The notes under the pieces are model-generated. The model worked only from the letters and a program-made list of their open reading frames with translations, searched no databases and had not been told where the DNA came from. The position numbers and the translations under genes are program-made. Below, piece by piece: positions 23,965 through 34,300 of a stretch of 35,747 bases of DNA. The stretch lies in UHGV virus genome UHGV-0148291, one strand, 5' to 3'. The DNA comes from a virus. How positions within the stretch are numbered: position 1 is the stretch's first letter; each line of letters starts with the position of its first letter.

Positions 23965-25164
23965 TCAACCATGCCACATACCAACATTGTTAATTCTCCG
24001 GTTTTCTGCGGTTGCCTTGATGGTTTTGCCGTTATGGAGTATATAACTCCCGCCGCCGTCTAACTTGATAGCGTTGCGGATACCAAGCGCAATCAAAATC
24101 CAAGCCATCTGTCCGTAGTCGCACTGAGCGCCGACATATACTAAATCATTGCCCCGATACCCCAAAAAGCCATGCCAAGTGTAATATAGCTCAGAGCCGT
24201 CATACCCCTCGGCTTTTATCTCGCTCATCGGTATCTGCCGACCATTTATCACAATCGGTATGCCAGATATGGCAGTCTTGATGTCTTTGCCCTCTAAGCT
24301 GTCCATTTTGGATATACCAAATGAGCCGTCATTTTTGACGTACAGTGTTGTAAGCTGTTTCCCCGAAACATTTATCCAGTTGGGATTATCTTTGCTCTGT
24401 GCGTAAACGATGCCGCTGTCAGCAAGGTTTCCGACCGGAATCGTTCCCTCGTTCGTTTGGGCAAAAAAGCCAGCGTTGAAATAGTTGTCAACCCCGACAC
24501 TGTTTTTCGGGCAGTCGCATTGATAAAAGCCCAAATTCGGCGGGTAAATCTCTTGTATATAGATGTCGGTTAATTTCTGTACGGTTAATGGCACCACTTT
24601 TGTTTCCTCCTTTTTGTATCCAACGTGTTCAAACAGTCCGTCTGCAATTCCTTCTGCAAACTCATGTTGTTTCTTTAACAGCAGCTCTTCATCCCCTGCA
24701 TTGCTGATAAAAGCTGTCTCTACAAGGACAGCGGGACAATAAGTGTCCCGAATGACCTTGAAGTTTCCTGTCTTTACTCCCCTGTCCAAAGTTCCCAGAC
24801 TGGAAATCAAATGGCTTTGCACCTTCTTTGCCAGCTTTTCCGCCGTACCTCCGAAGGCGCATACATATGTCTCCGTGCCTTTGGCGTTCGGATCGGATGC
24901 ACTGTTGCAGTGGATGGAAACGAAGTATTCCGCCCCGAATGCATTGGAGATATTCACCCTCTCCGCGAGACTGGAATTTAGACTTGTCCCCAGACAATCG
25001 CTTTGTTTCTCCCTTGTCATTTTTACTTCAAAACCGTTGGCGGTCAAAATATCCCGGAGGACGGAGGCAATCCCGTATGTAATGTCCTGCTCCCGCGATT
25101 TTCTGCCGTTTGCCCCGGTATCGTGCCCGTGGTCGTTGTGTCCTGCATCAATGCAAATCTTCAT
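23965..25164 (-). CDS. Endolysin: N-acetylmuramoyl-L-alanine amidase (Amidase_3) + NAGPA/phosphodiester-glycosidase-like domain
   Basis: IDAGH, E, SIHCNS and VLVETAFISN amidase motifs. C-terminal FNAGFF, AIKLDGGGS and RRINN motifs. Confidence 0.88.
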   Translation of the reverse strand: MKICIDAGHNDHGHDTGANGRKSREQDITYGIASVLRDILTANGFEVKMTREKQSDCLGTSLNSSLAERVNISNAFGAEYFVSIHCNSASDPNAKGTETYVCAFGGTAEKLAKKVQSHLISSLGTLDRGVKTGNFKVIRDTYCPAVLVETAFISNAGDEELLLKKQHEFAEGIADGLFEHVGYKKEETKVVPLTVQKLTDIYIQEIYPPNLGFYQCDCPKNSVGVDNYFNAGFFAQTNEGTIPVGNLADSGIVYAQSKDNPNWINVSGKQLTTLYVKNDGSFGISKMDSLEGKDIKTAISGIPIVINGRQIPMSEIKAEGYDGSELYYTWHGFLGYRGNDLVYVGAQCDYGQMAWILIALGIRNAIKLDGGGSYILHNGKTIKATAENRRINNVGMWHG

Positions 25165-25438
25165 CTGTCCCGCCCCCTTGAAACTGTTTAAATACCTGAT
25201 TGATACCAGTAGCTGCTAATCCAGACACAATACCGACCGCAATCGCCGTCAAGATATCCCCCGCCGGAAAGTCCGGTGTGAGATATAACGCCACTGCGCC
25301 CAAAACGCCGCCTAAAACACCGCAGATAACAGGTAACCACTTGTTATCCAATCTCGTTGCTTTGACCGCCTGTGCCGCCAAATAACAAATCACTGTGATT
25401 GCAGGGATACATGCCAATCCAAATACATTTTCAAACAT
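25148..25438 (-). CDS. Holin
   Basis: Three hydrophobic segments, NKWLPVI and AVGIVSGLAATGINQVFKQ motifs. SD AGGAGGT before ATG 25438. Confidence 0.88.
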   Translation of the reverse strand: MFENVFGLACIPAITVICYLAAQAVKATRLDNKWLPVICGVLGGVLGAVALYLTPDFPAGDILTAIAVGIVSGLAATGINQVFKQFQGGGTDEDLH

Positions 25439-25443
25439 CTTTT

Positions 25444-25725
25444 TTAACCTCCTATGATTGTTGATATAAACATTCCGACACCGCCGCTTACAACGGCAGT
25501 TATAATTGTAGTGACAACTAAGTCCCACCGTTTAGATGGCTTTTCTTCAATGCTGGTTACTCTGTCTTTCAAGTCGTTCATTTCTTCACGCATGAGCTTT
25601 GTTTCAGTTGCAAGAGTATAAACACTTTCCGTGAGCCTCTCCATATTGTCTATGCGCTTGTGCGCAGATTTAGACGATTGCTCTAATGCCGTGAGGCGTT
25701 CCCATACTTCTTTTACGTTTTCCAT
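25444..25725 (-). CDS. XhlA-like coiled-coil + TM lysis protein
   Basis: ERLTALEQSSKSAHKRID and IEEKPSKRW plus a TM segment. SD AGGAGG before ATG 25725. Confidence 0.75.
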   Translation of the reverse strand: MENVKEVWERLTALEQSSKSAHKRIDNMERLTESVYTLATETKLMREEMNDLKDRVTSIEEKPSKRWDLVVTTIITAVVSGGVGMFISTIIGG

Positions 25726-25735
25726 TTCAGCCCTC

Positions 25736-27583
25736 CTAAAATTGTTTGTATGTAACGGACAGCCCGCCCGTCTCTTTGTCCGCATACAGCTTTGTGTAAT
25801 ATGGCGCCGTTTTAAGCGCAAGCATGTTTTGCGCCCATGTGTCGGTGATTTCCGTTTCAATCGGAGTGTTTAAGACATACTGTACGGTAACAGGAAAGCC
25901 TATTTCATTTTGCTTTGCAAACCAAGCTTTTATTTTCGTTTTTTTCGTACTTTCATCGTCCGACGCTGTGAGACCAAGTTCATTCGCATACATGCAAAAA
26001 TACACAGCTTGATAGCTTCCAATCGTAAATATGCGATTTATATTTCCTGACGCATCTTCTCCTTGCAGGAAATGGTTGCATAATAGTTCAGCAGCCGGAT
26101 TAATGTCAGAGACAATAACACTAAATATAATGCTTCCGTCGTCTCGTATGCCAGTCATCCATGCAATATTTTCCGTCCCGACAAACTGTTTGTTTCCAAC
26201 CGCTTTGGCTTGCTTTATGTCTGTTCCCGACACAACAAAATCCTTATCATCACCGCAAGACCTTAATGTTAGAGGGATTGTTGCAGAGGTGCAACGGTAT
26301 TTGTCAAATGGCGTACGTTCTGTGCCTTCTTCCAACTGAAATGTATTTACGTCAATATAATTGAAATTTACATAGTTATAAGATGACAATCCGATATAGG
26401 ACACCGTTTTGCCGGCTGTTGATGTCAATACATATTCTTTCCAAGCTGTATTAGAACTCGCTGTAATGCTACTGTTCGTTCCGTCCGTATAAAAAAACCG
26501 GAATATAAGGCTTTCCCCTGAGACAGATGCTTGCTGTACGCATTTTGCTTCAAACGAGACTGTGTACTGAGCGTTTTCTTTGAATGTTATGCCAGTATAT
26601 CTGTGTGAGACGTTATCTATAAATCTTACACACTCTCTATCATCCAGAGTTGTTTCTAAATACGAGCCTGCCCCAGAATATACCTGCTGTGCCGTTGCAA
26701 GGTTTCTCCCCCTACTTGTCACCGTCACATCTTTTAAATCATATATCTGTTGTGGATAATCCGGTGATGGAATAAGAGATTCGGGAGGCGTGGGGTTAAA
26801 CGGCTCATAGCTTCCACTGTAAGAGCTTCCTAATTCTCCTGTAAACTGTGTTACTGTTTTCCCCGCTAAACTAGAGTTCGTGTATAATCTAACGGTGTCT
26901 GCTCCTAGTAAATCCTCTGTAATGGTGATTGCTCTGTTTGGAGATTTATTGTATACCTGTACCCCGTCTTTTAAGATGATAAATGCAGAGTTATTGCTAT
27001 TGATTGCAGTTCCGTCGTCGCAAACACCGCCTCCAAAGTAATAGGTTTCCCCAAGCACAAAAGGGGGTGCTAGCCAGTCTTTTGTGGTGCCTCCCGTGCT
27101 GTTCGTTACATACGGTTCAAAATGGATTAACTGTTTCCCGTAAGCCGTCCACGGCAATACAGGCAATGTGCTTGACTCGACTTTTGTAAAAGTAATCGGC
27201 GTTCTCGTTTTAACCCCGTTACGCATGTTTTCACGATATCCATAACCGCTTACACTGTCAAAGCAGATTCTGTCTTTGTTTGTGTCGTCGGTATCAATCA
27301 AATCATCACTAATGGTAACCTCGTAAATATCCATATCAGTAGATACCTGATAGCTTCCTGCTTTTATTGCACGCTCCGCCTGATGCCATTTTGCCTTCTG
27401 TTCGCTTTTGCCGTATATCTTCAAATCCTCGTAGCTGTCATTATAGGTATTTGATAGTTCTAACTCCTGTCCTTCTGCGGCTTCCGACACATAACCCGCA
27501 ACTTTGTTTTCTCCAACAAAAACATTGACAGGATGACAATCTCCCTCAAAAGCTCTGTAATTTACGTTGTCCTTTTTAATCAT
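25736..27583 (-). CDS. Tail fibre / receptor-binding protein with carbohydrate-binding-like modules
   Basis: IYGKSEQ, PSPDYPQ, GRNL, QLEEG..TPF and VQYVLNTP motifs. Last tail gene. Confidence 0.7.
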   Translation of the reverse strand: MIKKDNVNYRAFEGDCHPVNVFVGENKVAGYVSEAAEGQELELSNTYNDSYEDLKIYGKSEQKAKWHQAERAIKAGSYQVSTDMDIYEVTISDDLIDTDDTNKDRICFDSVSGYGYRENMRNGVKTRTPITFTKVESSTLPVLPWTAYGKQLIHFEPYVTNSTGGTTKDWLAPPFVLGETYYFGGGVCDDGTAINSNNSAFIILKDGVQVYNKSPNRAITITEDLLGADTVRLYTNSSLAGKTVTQFTGELGSSYSGSYEPFNPTPPESLIPSPDYPQQIYDLKDVTVTSRGRNLATAQQVYSGAGSYLETTLDDRECVRFIDNVSHRYTGITFKENAQYTVSFEAKCVQQASVSGESLIFRFFYTDGTNSSITASSNTAWKEYVLTSTAGKTVSYIGLSSYNYVNFNYIDVNTFQLEEGTERTPFDKYRCTSATIPLTLRSCGDDKDFVVSGTDIKQAKAVGNKQFVGTENIAWMTGIRDDGSIIFSVIVSDINPAAELLCNHFLQGEDASGNINRIFTIGSYQAVYFCMYANELGLTASDDESTKKTKIKAWFAKQNEIGFPVTVQYVLNTPIETEITDTWAQNMLALKTAPYYTKLYADKETGGLSVTYKQF

Positions 27584-28464
27584 ACAACCTCACCTACCAG
27601 ATAAAGCACTCCATCCACTTTAACGGCGTTATTAAAGTCCGTCATGGTGTCAAATACTACAATTCTATGTCCGTTGATTTTGGTTGCATCTGTAGCTGTG
27701 TCCGCCGCAAGTGCATGGTCAGCTTCTGCGCATTTGTTCTGATTGCACGGAATCCAGTCTCCCATATCTCCAGATACTACATAGGCATATGTACCATCTA
27801 CAACCCCGCCAATAACAATCCTGCAAAAGTCCCCGTCCTCTGCGGTCAAAGACTGCATTTCCTCCACGCTTCCAACCGTATAGGTATGCGTCAATGCAAT
27901 CGGAGGGATTTGACCAACTGGTATCTTTCCGCTGCTGTCAAGAGTTGCGATATCCGTCCCCATCATCGCCAACATATCGCTCATGGTCTGTGTTACGACT
28001 GTTTCGGAGTTTTTGGCGTTGGTCTCGGATGTTTTTGCTTCCTCCGCTGCCGCCGTCGCAACCTCATTGATTGCCTGTACATTGATTATCAACTGTGTAA
28101 GAGCCGGTACACGGTCATCACCGGATATGGGCGCTTCCCCGCCATTTGAGATAACCTCTGCTTCGATTGTTCCCTGCGTGATATAATCTCCACTGTCAGA
28201 GGTAATCGCAACCCATATTGTGATATCGCCCTCTACCGCATACATGTTGTTTTTGAGAATATATGTAGCAATCTTACCGTTTATCTGTCCAACATCATCA
28301 ATCGTTACTCCGTCGCTTCTTACAACTCGCACCGACATAACATTTCCGCTCATATCCTCATTTGATGTAAAAACAATCTCATAGGCGTTAATATCCTCTT
28401 TGATAATTGGCTGCGGGTATCGATAGCTAAACTCATTCGGTATTGCTTTTATTTGTCTTTTCAT
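27580..28464 (-). CDS. Upper baseplate (BppU-like) / fibre-connecting protein
   Basis: N-terminal beta domain (VRSDG), coiled segment AKTSETNAKNSE, IATLDSSGKIPVGQIP motif. Confidence 0.65.
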   Translation of the reverse strand: MKRQIKAIPNEFSYRYPQPIIKEDINAYEIVFTSNEDMSGNVMSVRVVRSDGVTIDDVGQINGKIATYILKNNMYAVEGDITIWVAITSDSGDYITQGTIEAEVISNGGEAPISGDDRVPALTQLIINVQAINEVATAAAEEAKTSETNAKNSETVVTQTMSDMLAMMGTDIATLDSSGKIPVGQIPPIALTHTYTVGSVEEMQSLTAEDGDFCRIVIGGVVDGTYAYVVSGDMGDWIPCNQNKCAEADHALAADTATDATKINGHRIVVFDTMTDFNNAVKVDGVLYLVGEVV

Positions 28465-28475
28465 ATTTCACCCTC

Positions 28476-29372
28476 CTAACACAGTTCAATCGTATAGTTT
28501 ACGCTTCTGCTCACATCACTACTTTCGCCAGTGCCGGATGCAACTGTGTAAACCTCTATATTCAATCCGTTTTTAACAAACTTTAAATAAAATCCAGAAC
28601 TCTTGACGGAACTGCTATAACTATAAACTCTAATTCTGTCAGTGAGATAAGGCATTGCTTGAGCGCCAAATTCGCCGCCGTATCCACATTTTCCAGTGTC
28701 TAAATTCCAAACAGTATCAATCGGCATTCTGTCAACATTTAAATATGAGGCATTATTATTTTTAAAAAGGCACTTCTTGTAATCGCTCTTTTTTACTGGT
28801 ATTGTATCGACGAGATGCCAATTTGTAGGATTAACGGTATCATTAGCAATTGGAGCGGTATACGCTTTGGATATAGTAATAACTTCGTGCATATTATATC
28901 CAGCAACAAACTTCGACGCGGCAAACTTCCGCTTGTCCGTCACCACCCCATTTTCCACCTCTGCCAACATAACGTAATCCCCAGTCGGAACGGTTGCCTC
29001 GCATTTTAAATAATTGTGATTAAGGGATGGCTGGGCGATTGCATACACATAATTTTTAACCCCCGGCGTTACTGTAAGCACAACCCCAGCGCTGTCTACT
29101 GTGAGTGTTGAGCCGTCCGCAAACACAATCGTTCCGGCAGACACCTTTGCATTTCCATCGCTCATCACAACCCTGCAGCTATCCTTTGTCACACCATCCG
29201 ATACAATAGCCGCAAAAAGCTGGTTTAAATCAGATGGCGTATAACTCACTCCATCATTCAAAATGTCCTCAAATTCTATGCTTATTCCCTGTGTAGATAA
29301 CTTTTGGACAATCCCGTTGATATCGCTTGCTCCATATGTCGCATTGTCCATAAATGTTTCTGTATAGCCCAT
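28476..29372 (-). CDS. Baseplate / tail structural protein
   Basis: Follows the Gp37-like gene. VSAG and LAEV.....TDKR motifs are typical of this position. Confidence 0.6.
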   Translation of the reverse strand: MGYTETFMDNATYGASDINGIVQKLSTQGISIEFEDILNDGVSYTPSDLNQLFAAIVSDGVTKDSCRVVMSDGNAKVSAGTIVFADGSTLTVDSAGVVLTVTPGVKNYVYAIAQPSLNHNYLKCEATVPTGDYVMLAEVENGVVTDKRKFAASKFVAGYNMHEVITISKAYTAPIANDTVNPTNWHLVDTIPVKKSDYKKCLFKNNNASYLNVDRMPIDTVWNLDTGKCGYGGEFGAQAMPYLTDRIRVYSYSSSVKSSGFYLKFVKNGLNIEVYTVASGTGESSDVSRSVNYTIELC

Positions 29373-29376
29373 GTTA

Positions 29377-30447
29377 TCAGCTCCTTAATAATCTTTTTAT
29401 GATACTGTCTTTTTTCTCACCGAACACCGGCATAATTTTCATGTTGCCTTTTTCGTAGACTTCCTGTACCTCTGTTATTTGCTTATCTAACATAAGCGTT
29501 TCACCAAAACCGGCTATTTTTAAAGTTACATAGTCGCCCAAAAACCAGTTCTCATTGTATTTATATCTGCTGTTGGTCTCTGTCTCTATTGTTTCGGATT
29601 CCTGATTTTCTTTGATATATGCAAGCCCCCCGTCCTCGACCTCCTGCACGTCGTCAGAGTTGACCTCCGAAAATCCTTCCTGCCGGTAGATGCCGGTTTG
29701 CATCAAGTCGCCCAACTTCGTGATATACTGCTGTTCTTCTTCTCCGTTTCCTCCTATGTATGCCACATTCACAGCATCTTTTGCGTTACGCTCATATTCA
29801 TAATCGCTGATATTCCTGTATTCTTTGCAAAAGACTACGGGCGATATATCTCTTTGATTCACGGTTCGGTCAATACCAGTTTCAACATCAAAAATCAATT
29901 CTTTCGTTGCCTCATCAAAAGTAATGTCATATCCCAGCCCCGCATATAGTCCTATCTTGTTTAATTCTTGGGACAACAGCGAGAATTTAGCCTGCCATGC
30001 CATATTGATTCCAAGCTTTAAATCGCTGGAAATAACAAGATTCTGAATCTTTCTGTCCGTATCCGTCGGATTTACAAGCTGAGAATCAACATAGTGTTTC
30101 ATCACAGTTTCGGCGTTCCCCTTTATCCGGTCATATCCTTCTAATGTTGTAGGCGATTCGGAATATACAAACGGAGGCACAACAATTCTTTGGCTGCATA
30201 TCCCTTTCAGATCATACCCTATAATTTTGATGTCACTTTTCGATTTCGAGGCACAAAGAATAATCCCTGCATTTTGACCGTGAACAATAATGTTCCCTTT
30301 TTTGATGAATTCCTGATATTCATTGCTGCTGGAAAGATGAATTTCAAATGTTCCCACATCATAAAATTTTCTATTCCAGATAACACTTTGAGAAGAAACG
30401 ATATTGCAGAGACGGTTTAATGATAAAGGATCATAAATACTTATCAC
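29377..30447 (-). CDS. Siphovirus ReqiPepy6 Gp37-like (Tal/hub) protein
   Basis: WNRKFYDVGTFEI, NVAYIGGNGE and WFLGDYVT...ITEVQEVYE....PVFG motifs. Confidence 0.85.
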   Translation of the reverse strand: MISIYDPLSLNRLCNIVSSQSVIWNRKFYDVGTFEIHLSSSNEYQEFIKKGNIIVHGQNAGIILCASKSKSDIKIIGYDLKGICSQRIVVPPFVYSESPTTLEGYDRIKGNAETVMKHYVDSQLVNPTDTDRKIQNLVISSDLKLGINMAWQAKFSLLSQELNKIGLYAGLGYDITFDEATKELIFDVETGIDRTVNQRDISPVVFCKEYRNISDYEYERNAKDAVNVAYIGGNGEEEQQYITKLGDLMQTGIYRQEGFSEVNSDDVQEVEDGGLAYIKENQESETIETETNSRYKYNENWFLGDYVTLKIAGFGETLMLDKQITEVQEVYEKGNMKIMPVFGEKKDSIIKRLLRS

Positions 30448-30449
30448 TT

Positions 30450-31307
30450 CTACACCCCCAAATACCGGTTATAAAACTCAGAATTTATATAAACCGGAAT
30501 AGAAGTGTTGTAATTCGTTGCCTCGATTTCATTTTTCCCCTGTTTTAATTTAAAAAAGGTGCTGCTGCCGGATAGGGCATACAAAATATTCCCGTTTATA
30601 CTGCTTGTGACCTTTGCGTTTTCGGTGTCTATCGTAATCACTTCGCCATCCGTCATATCATATTCAAGCAGCATTGTTTCCCCGGTCGTGTTATTTTTTA
30701 TTTCGAGGCCGGTATTTAAGGATAATGTCTGCAATGTTTGATTGCTCGTAGCTGTGATGGTAATTTTCCAGTCAGCTTCCACATCGCCCAAATTGATAAG
30801 ATTGCCTTTACTATATCTTGTTGTAAACACAAATGGAAACTGAAAGGTATCTTTGATATGGTTCTCTCTGTAGAACAAATTGTTTTTGGTTGATTTTGCT
30901 TCTTTCCAATAAAACCGGTACAAATTGAAGTAGCACGTAAACATCATGACATTCTGCATTCTCTGGCCGAATTGCGGAATGTCTGCCACAGCCTCAGAAA
31001 AATATTCTTTGTATCCGTTATAATAGTAAAGCCGCCCTTTGTCTTTACCGTTCATAATGCGTACCATATCAGCCCGCATGCTGTACAGTCCTGCTTTGTT
31101 GCTCGAACGAAACGAGCCTGGGAGAGTAACCAGCCTCGGAGAATAAGTTGGATATTCATACTCTGTCCCATCCTCATCGTAACCGCCTGTTTCCTGCCGG
31201 TTCGTATCCGCTTCATTCATACCTTCCGGCTTGTCAAACACAAAAGGGAAACCCCATCCAAATTGGATTTCCCCTCTGTCTGTAACGTATCTAAAGTATT
31301 CCGGCAT
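30450..31307 (-). CDS. Distal tail protein (Dit)
   Basis: Follows the tape measure gene. INLGDVEA and STFFKLKQGKNEI...YLGV motifs. Confidence 0.85.
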   Translation of the reverse strand: MPEYFRYVTDRGEIQFGWGFPFVFDKPEGMNEADTNRQETGGYDEDGTEYEYPTYSPRLVTLPGSFRSSNKAGLYSMRADMVRIMNGKDKGRLYYYNGYKEYFSEAVADIPQFGQRMQNVMMFTCYFNLYRFYWKEAKSTKNNLFYRENHIKDTFQFPFVFTTRYSKGNLINLGDVEADWKITITATSNQTLQTLSLNTGLEIKNNTTGETMLLEYDMTDGEVITIDTENAKVTSSINGNILYALSGSSTFFKLKQGKNEIEATNYNTSIPVYINSEFYNRYLGV

Positions 31308-34300
31308 TAAAACACCCCCATTTCCAAAGACTTTACAAGCTTTTTGATTCCTACATTTTGCTGATAAGGTGTGGATACTCCATAATTTTTCTGGTTAATT
31401 GTGATTGACGTGCTTTTTTTGGTGCCAGAACCCGGGTAAACACTTGCAGAACCACTGCTGTCTCCGGCAACCTCTTTCAGAGCATCACGAATCCCACGAA
31501 TCATACCGTCTATTTTACTTTGTATCCCTTTTGAGATACTATCTCCTATAATATCACCGATTCCCTCAAATTCTGCAGGGTCAATGCTTTGCAGAATTTC
31601 ATTTGCGATATGCACGCCGGACATTTTATTTTCAAAATACCTTGTGATGTGGTCAATTTTGTTTTGAGCCAATTCTATTTCTTCTTCCTTTGCTTTCTGA
31701 ATAGCCTCTTTTCTCGCTTCAATGTCACGGTTAAACATCTTATCGTCAATGGATTCCTGCAGCTTATTAATCTCTTTTTGGAGAGCCTTTCGGTTATCCT
31801 CGTCAACCTCGTATTCCAATTTATTTTTCAGGCGTTCCATTTTAAGGTTGTCATCTTCATCTTCCTGCTGTTCATCCCTTTTTTTCTTCAAAGCGTCGAG
31901 ACGTTCCAGTTCCTCGTCATATTGCTTTTTCTTAAGTTCGCTGGTTTTGGTAATCGTCTCTTTCTCAAGCTCCATTTGCTTTTGATATTTTTCTTTGATA
32001 CGCTTTTCTTCGCTCTTTATGTAATCTTCCCATTCATTTTTTTCGAGCGTGTAAAACTCTTTCATATACTGGCTGATGTAATCGTAATATTCATTTGCAG
32101 TGATGATTCCTTCATTTTTTGCTTTTTCGATACCGTTTATAACACGGGTAAGATATTCTTCCTCGGAATCATCGCCCCAATCATCATAAAAATTGCGGTC
32201 GCTTCGATAGGTCTCTGCATCTTTGAGCCAATCCTCGAATTTATCCCGTTTGGCATCGTAAATATCTTTGTCCAGTTCTTTTATAGTTTTGTTATATTCT
32301 TTCGCCGAAAGAATGCCCTGATTGTAATACTCTTGCATGTATGCCTTGACACGCTCAATTCCAGCAATTACCTCATCGTAATTCCCTTCCTGTCTCTGCT
32401 GTTCTATCCACTCTTCCGAGGCTTCTTTTCGCTCGTTCAGAGATTCTAATGCCGCCTGTTTTTCTTCCTCCTGCATGGATTGAAAGGTTTTTAGATATTC
32501 ATCATCGAGGTCTTCCGCTTTTTCAAGATATTGTTTTCGCAAATCAGCTTTTTCCTCTGCTGTCATGTAATCAATAGTAAGCACTTCATCCGCATATTTG
32601 CGGTATGTATCTGCGCGGTTTCCCAAATTCCAGAGATAATCCTTATCGCTGATTTCGCCGCGAAGTTTTCTCTGATTATTCCAGCGTTCATCAAGGCGCA
32701 TCATCTCAGATACGGCATCCTCATAGGCTTTTACCTGCTCTTTGCGGGCTTGTTCCGCTTCTTTTGCTGAGTTGTCTTTTTTACTGGATTTTTTGGAACC
32801 GGAAGAAGTAGAAACGGCTGAACTTGGGGATTTTACAGTAATTTGGCTTAAACTTAAATTTCTCAAACCGTTCATAACTGCTTGAGCCCGATATAAAGCC
32901 TTTGCGCCACCTGGATTACTTATCTCAAGAGCATCCATATATTCTTGGTCAAGTTCTCCTGTTGTGACATTATAATAATTTTCCCATGCTGTTTTCATGC
33001 TTCCTAGAAGTTCTGTTTCTATCTTAGCTTTTGCATCAGCAAGAGATTTAAAATTACTCAAATCTATATTGTACAGTTTCCCCAGCTCATTGATTTTATC
33101 TGCACAGCTATTATGCAAAATTTCAGCGAATTTTTCGCTGTTTTGAATCTTGGAAAGAACGGTGTTTTTGTAGTTTTCCTCATCCGTTTTATAGTGTTCG
33201 CTTAACTGTGACAGCAAAGTCTTTTCATCAATCAGACCGGCGATATACTGGCTTACTGCATCTTCCATTTCGGGATAATTGTCTATGATGTCACTCAATG
33301 TTGATGCGGTCAGATTTCCAGACTTTTTAAATTCATCCTGTGCATTTTTCACAGTCTGGTATTTATCAACCATTGAATCCAACTCTTTCGAAAGCCCTTC
33401 CATCTTACCGCTTGCATTTTCCGTAGAATCAGACATTCCGTCAAGAGAATCTGCCGCAAGCTCTGCGCTCGTTGCAAACTGAGGAAAATTGGAAGCTACA
33501 ATTTGATTTATCTTTTGCTGGAAATCCTCGTTTGCTCCGGTTGCTTCGAAAACAGACTTTTTTAACTGCTCATATTCTTTGGTTGTTTTCGGAACGCCAT
33601 TTGCCCATATTTCATTTAATAACGCTTCTTGGGTTTTTGCTTCTGCGTATTTGTCTACATTTTCCGTAAGGTCATTCAAAACACGGGTAACCTCAGTATA
33701 AGTTTGGCTTTGGATTAACGCTTCTGCTTGTGCCTCTTGCCCTGCGCTCTTCAAACGCTGGTATTCATTTGTAAGGTCGATTTGAGCCTGTTTTAAATCG
33801 GAATAAAATTGTAGAATTTGGCTTGCTTCCTTCGGAATTACAAATGCACTGGAACCCTCATTATGATACTTTCCCATAGTGTCAGATATGAGAGAAGTAT
33901 AAGGGTCTTGTGAATTGAAAACTTTCTGCGTTCCCAGCCATGTTCTGGTTCCTGATTCCAATTTTTCTTTGGCCGCTTGCGCCCCGGCTGTGACGGTTGC
34001 CCTCTGGCTCTCAATTTCAGCCATTGTCGCTTTTTCCAGTGCTTCCCGATAAGTATCGGTATCTTGCGTAAGTTTCTTTAAAGCTTCTCCTTTTTCGCCT
34101 AACTTTGAAATGAGTTGTTCTTGAATAGATTTGAACTTTTTCTCCTGCTCGGTCGTTTTATCCGAAATGTTGTCAAGTGCTTCGTATTGGGAATACAATT
34201 TTAAAAGTTCGGATGATGTTTCTGATGCATGTTCCCCTATAGAAATGGTTTTGTCATTCGCTGCGTCCGCTGCAGCATTATATGATATAAGAGCTCCGGC

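Noticed and set aside
25736..29372. Diversity-generating retroelement or invertible tail-fibre shufflon
   Set aside because: No reverse transcriptase or invertase is encoded, and I saw no template/variable repeat pair or inverted cassettes by eye. A self dot-plot would confirm this.
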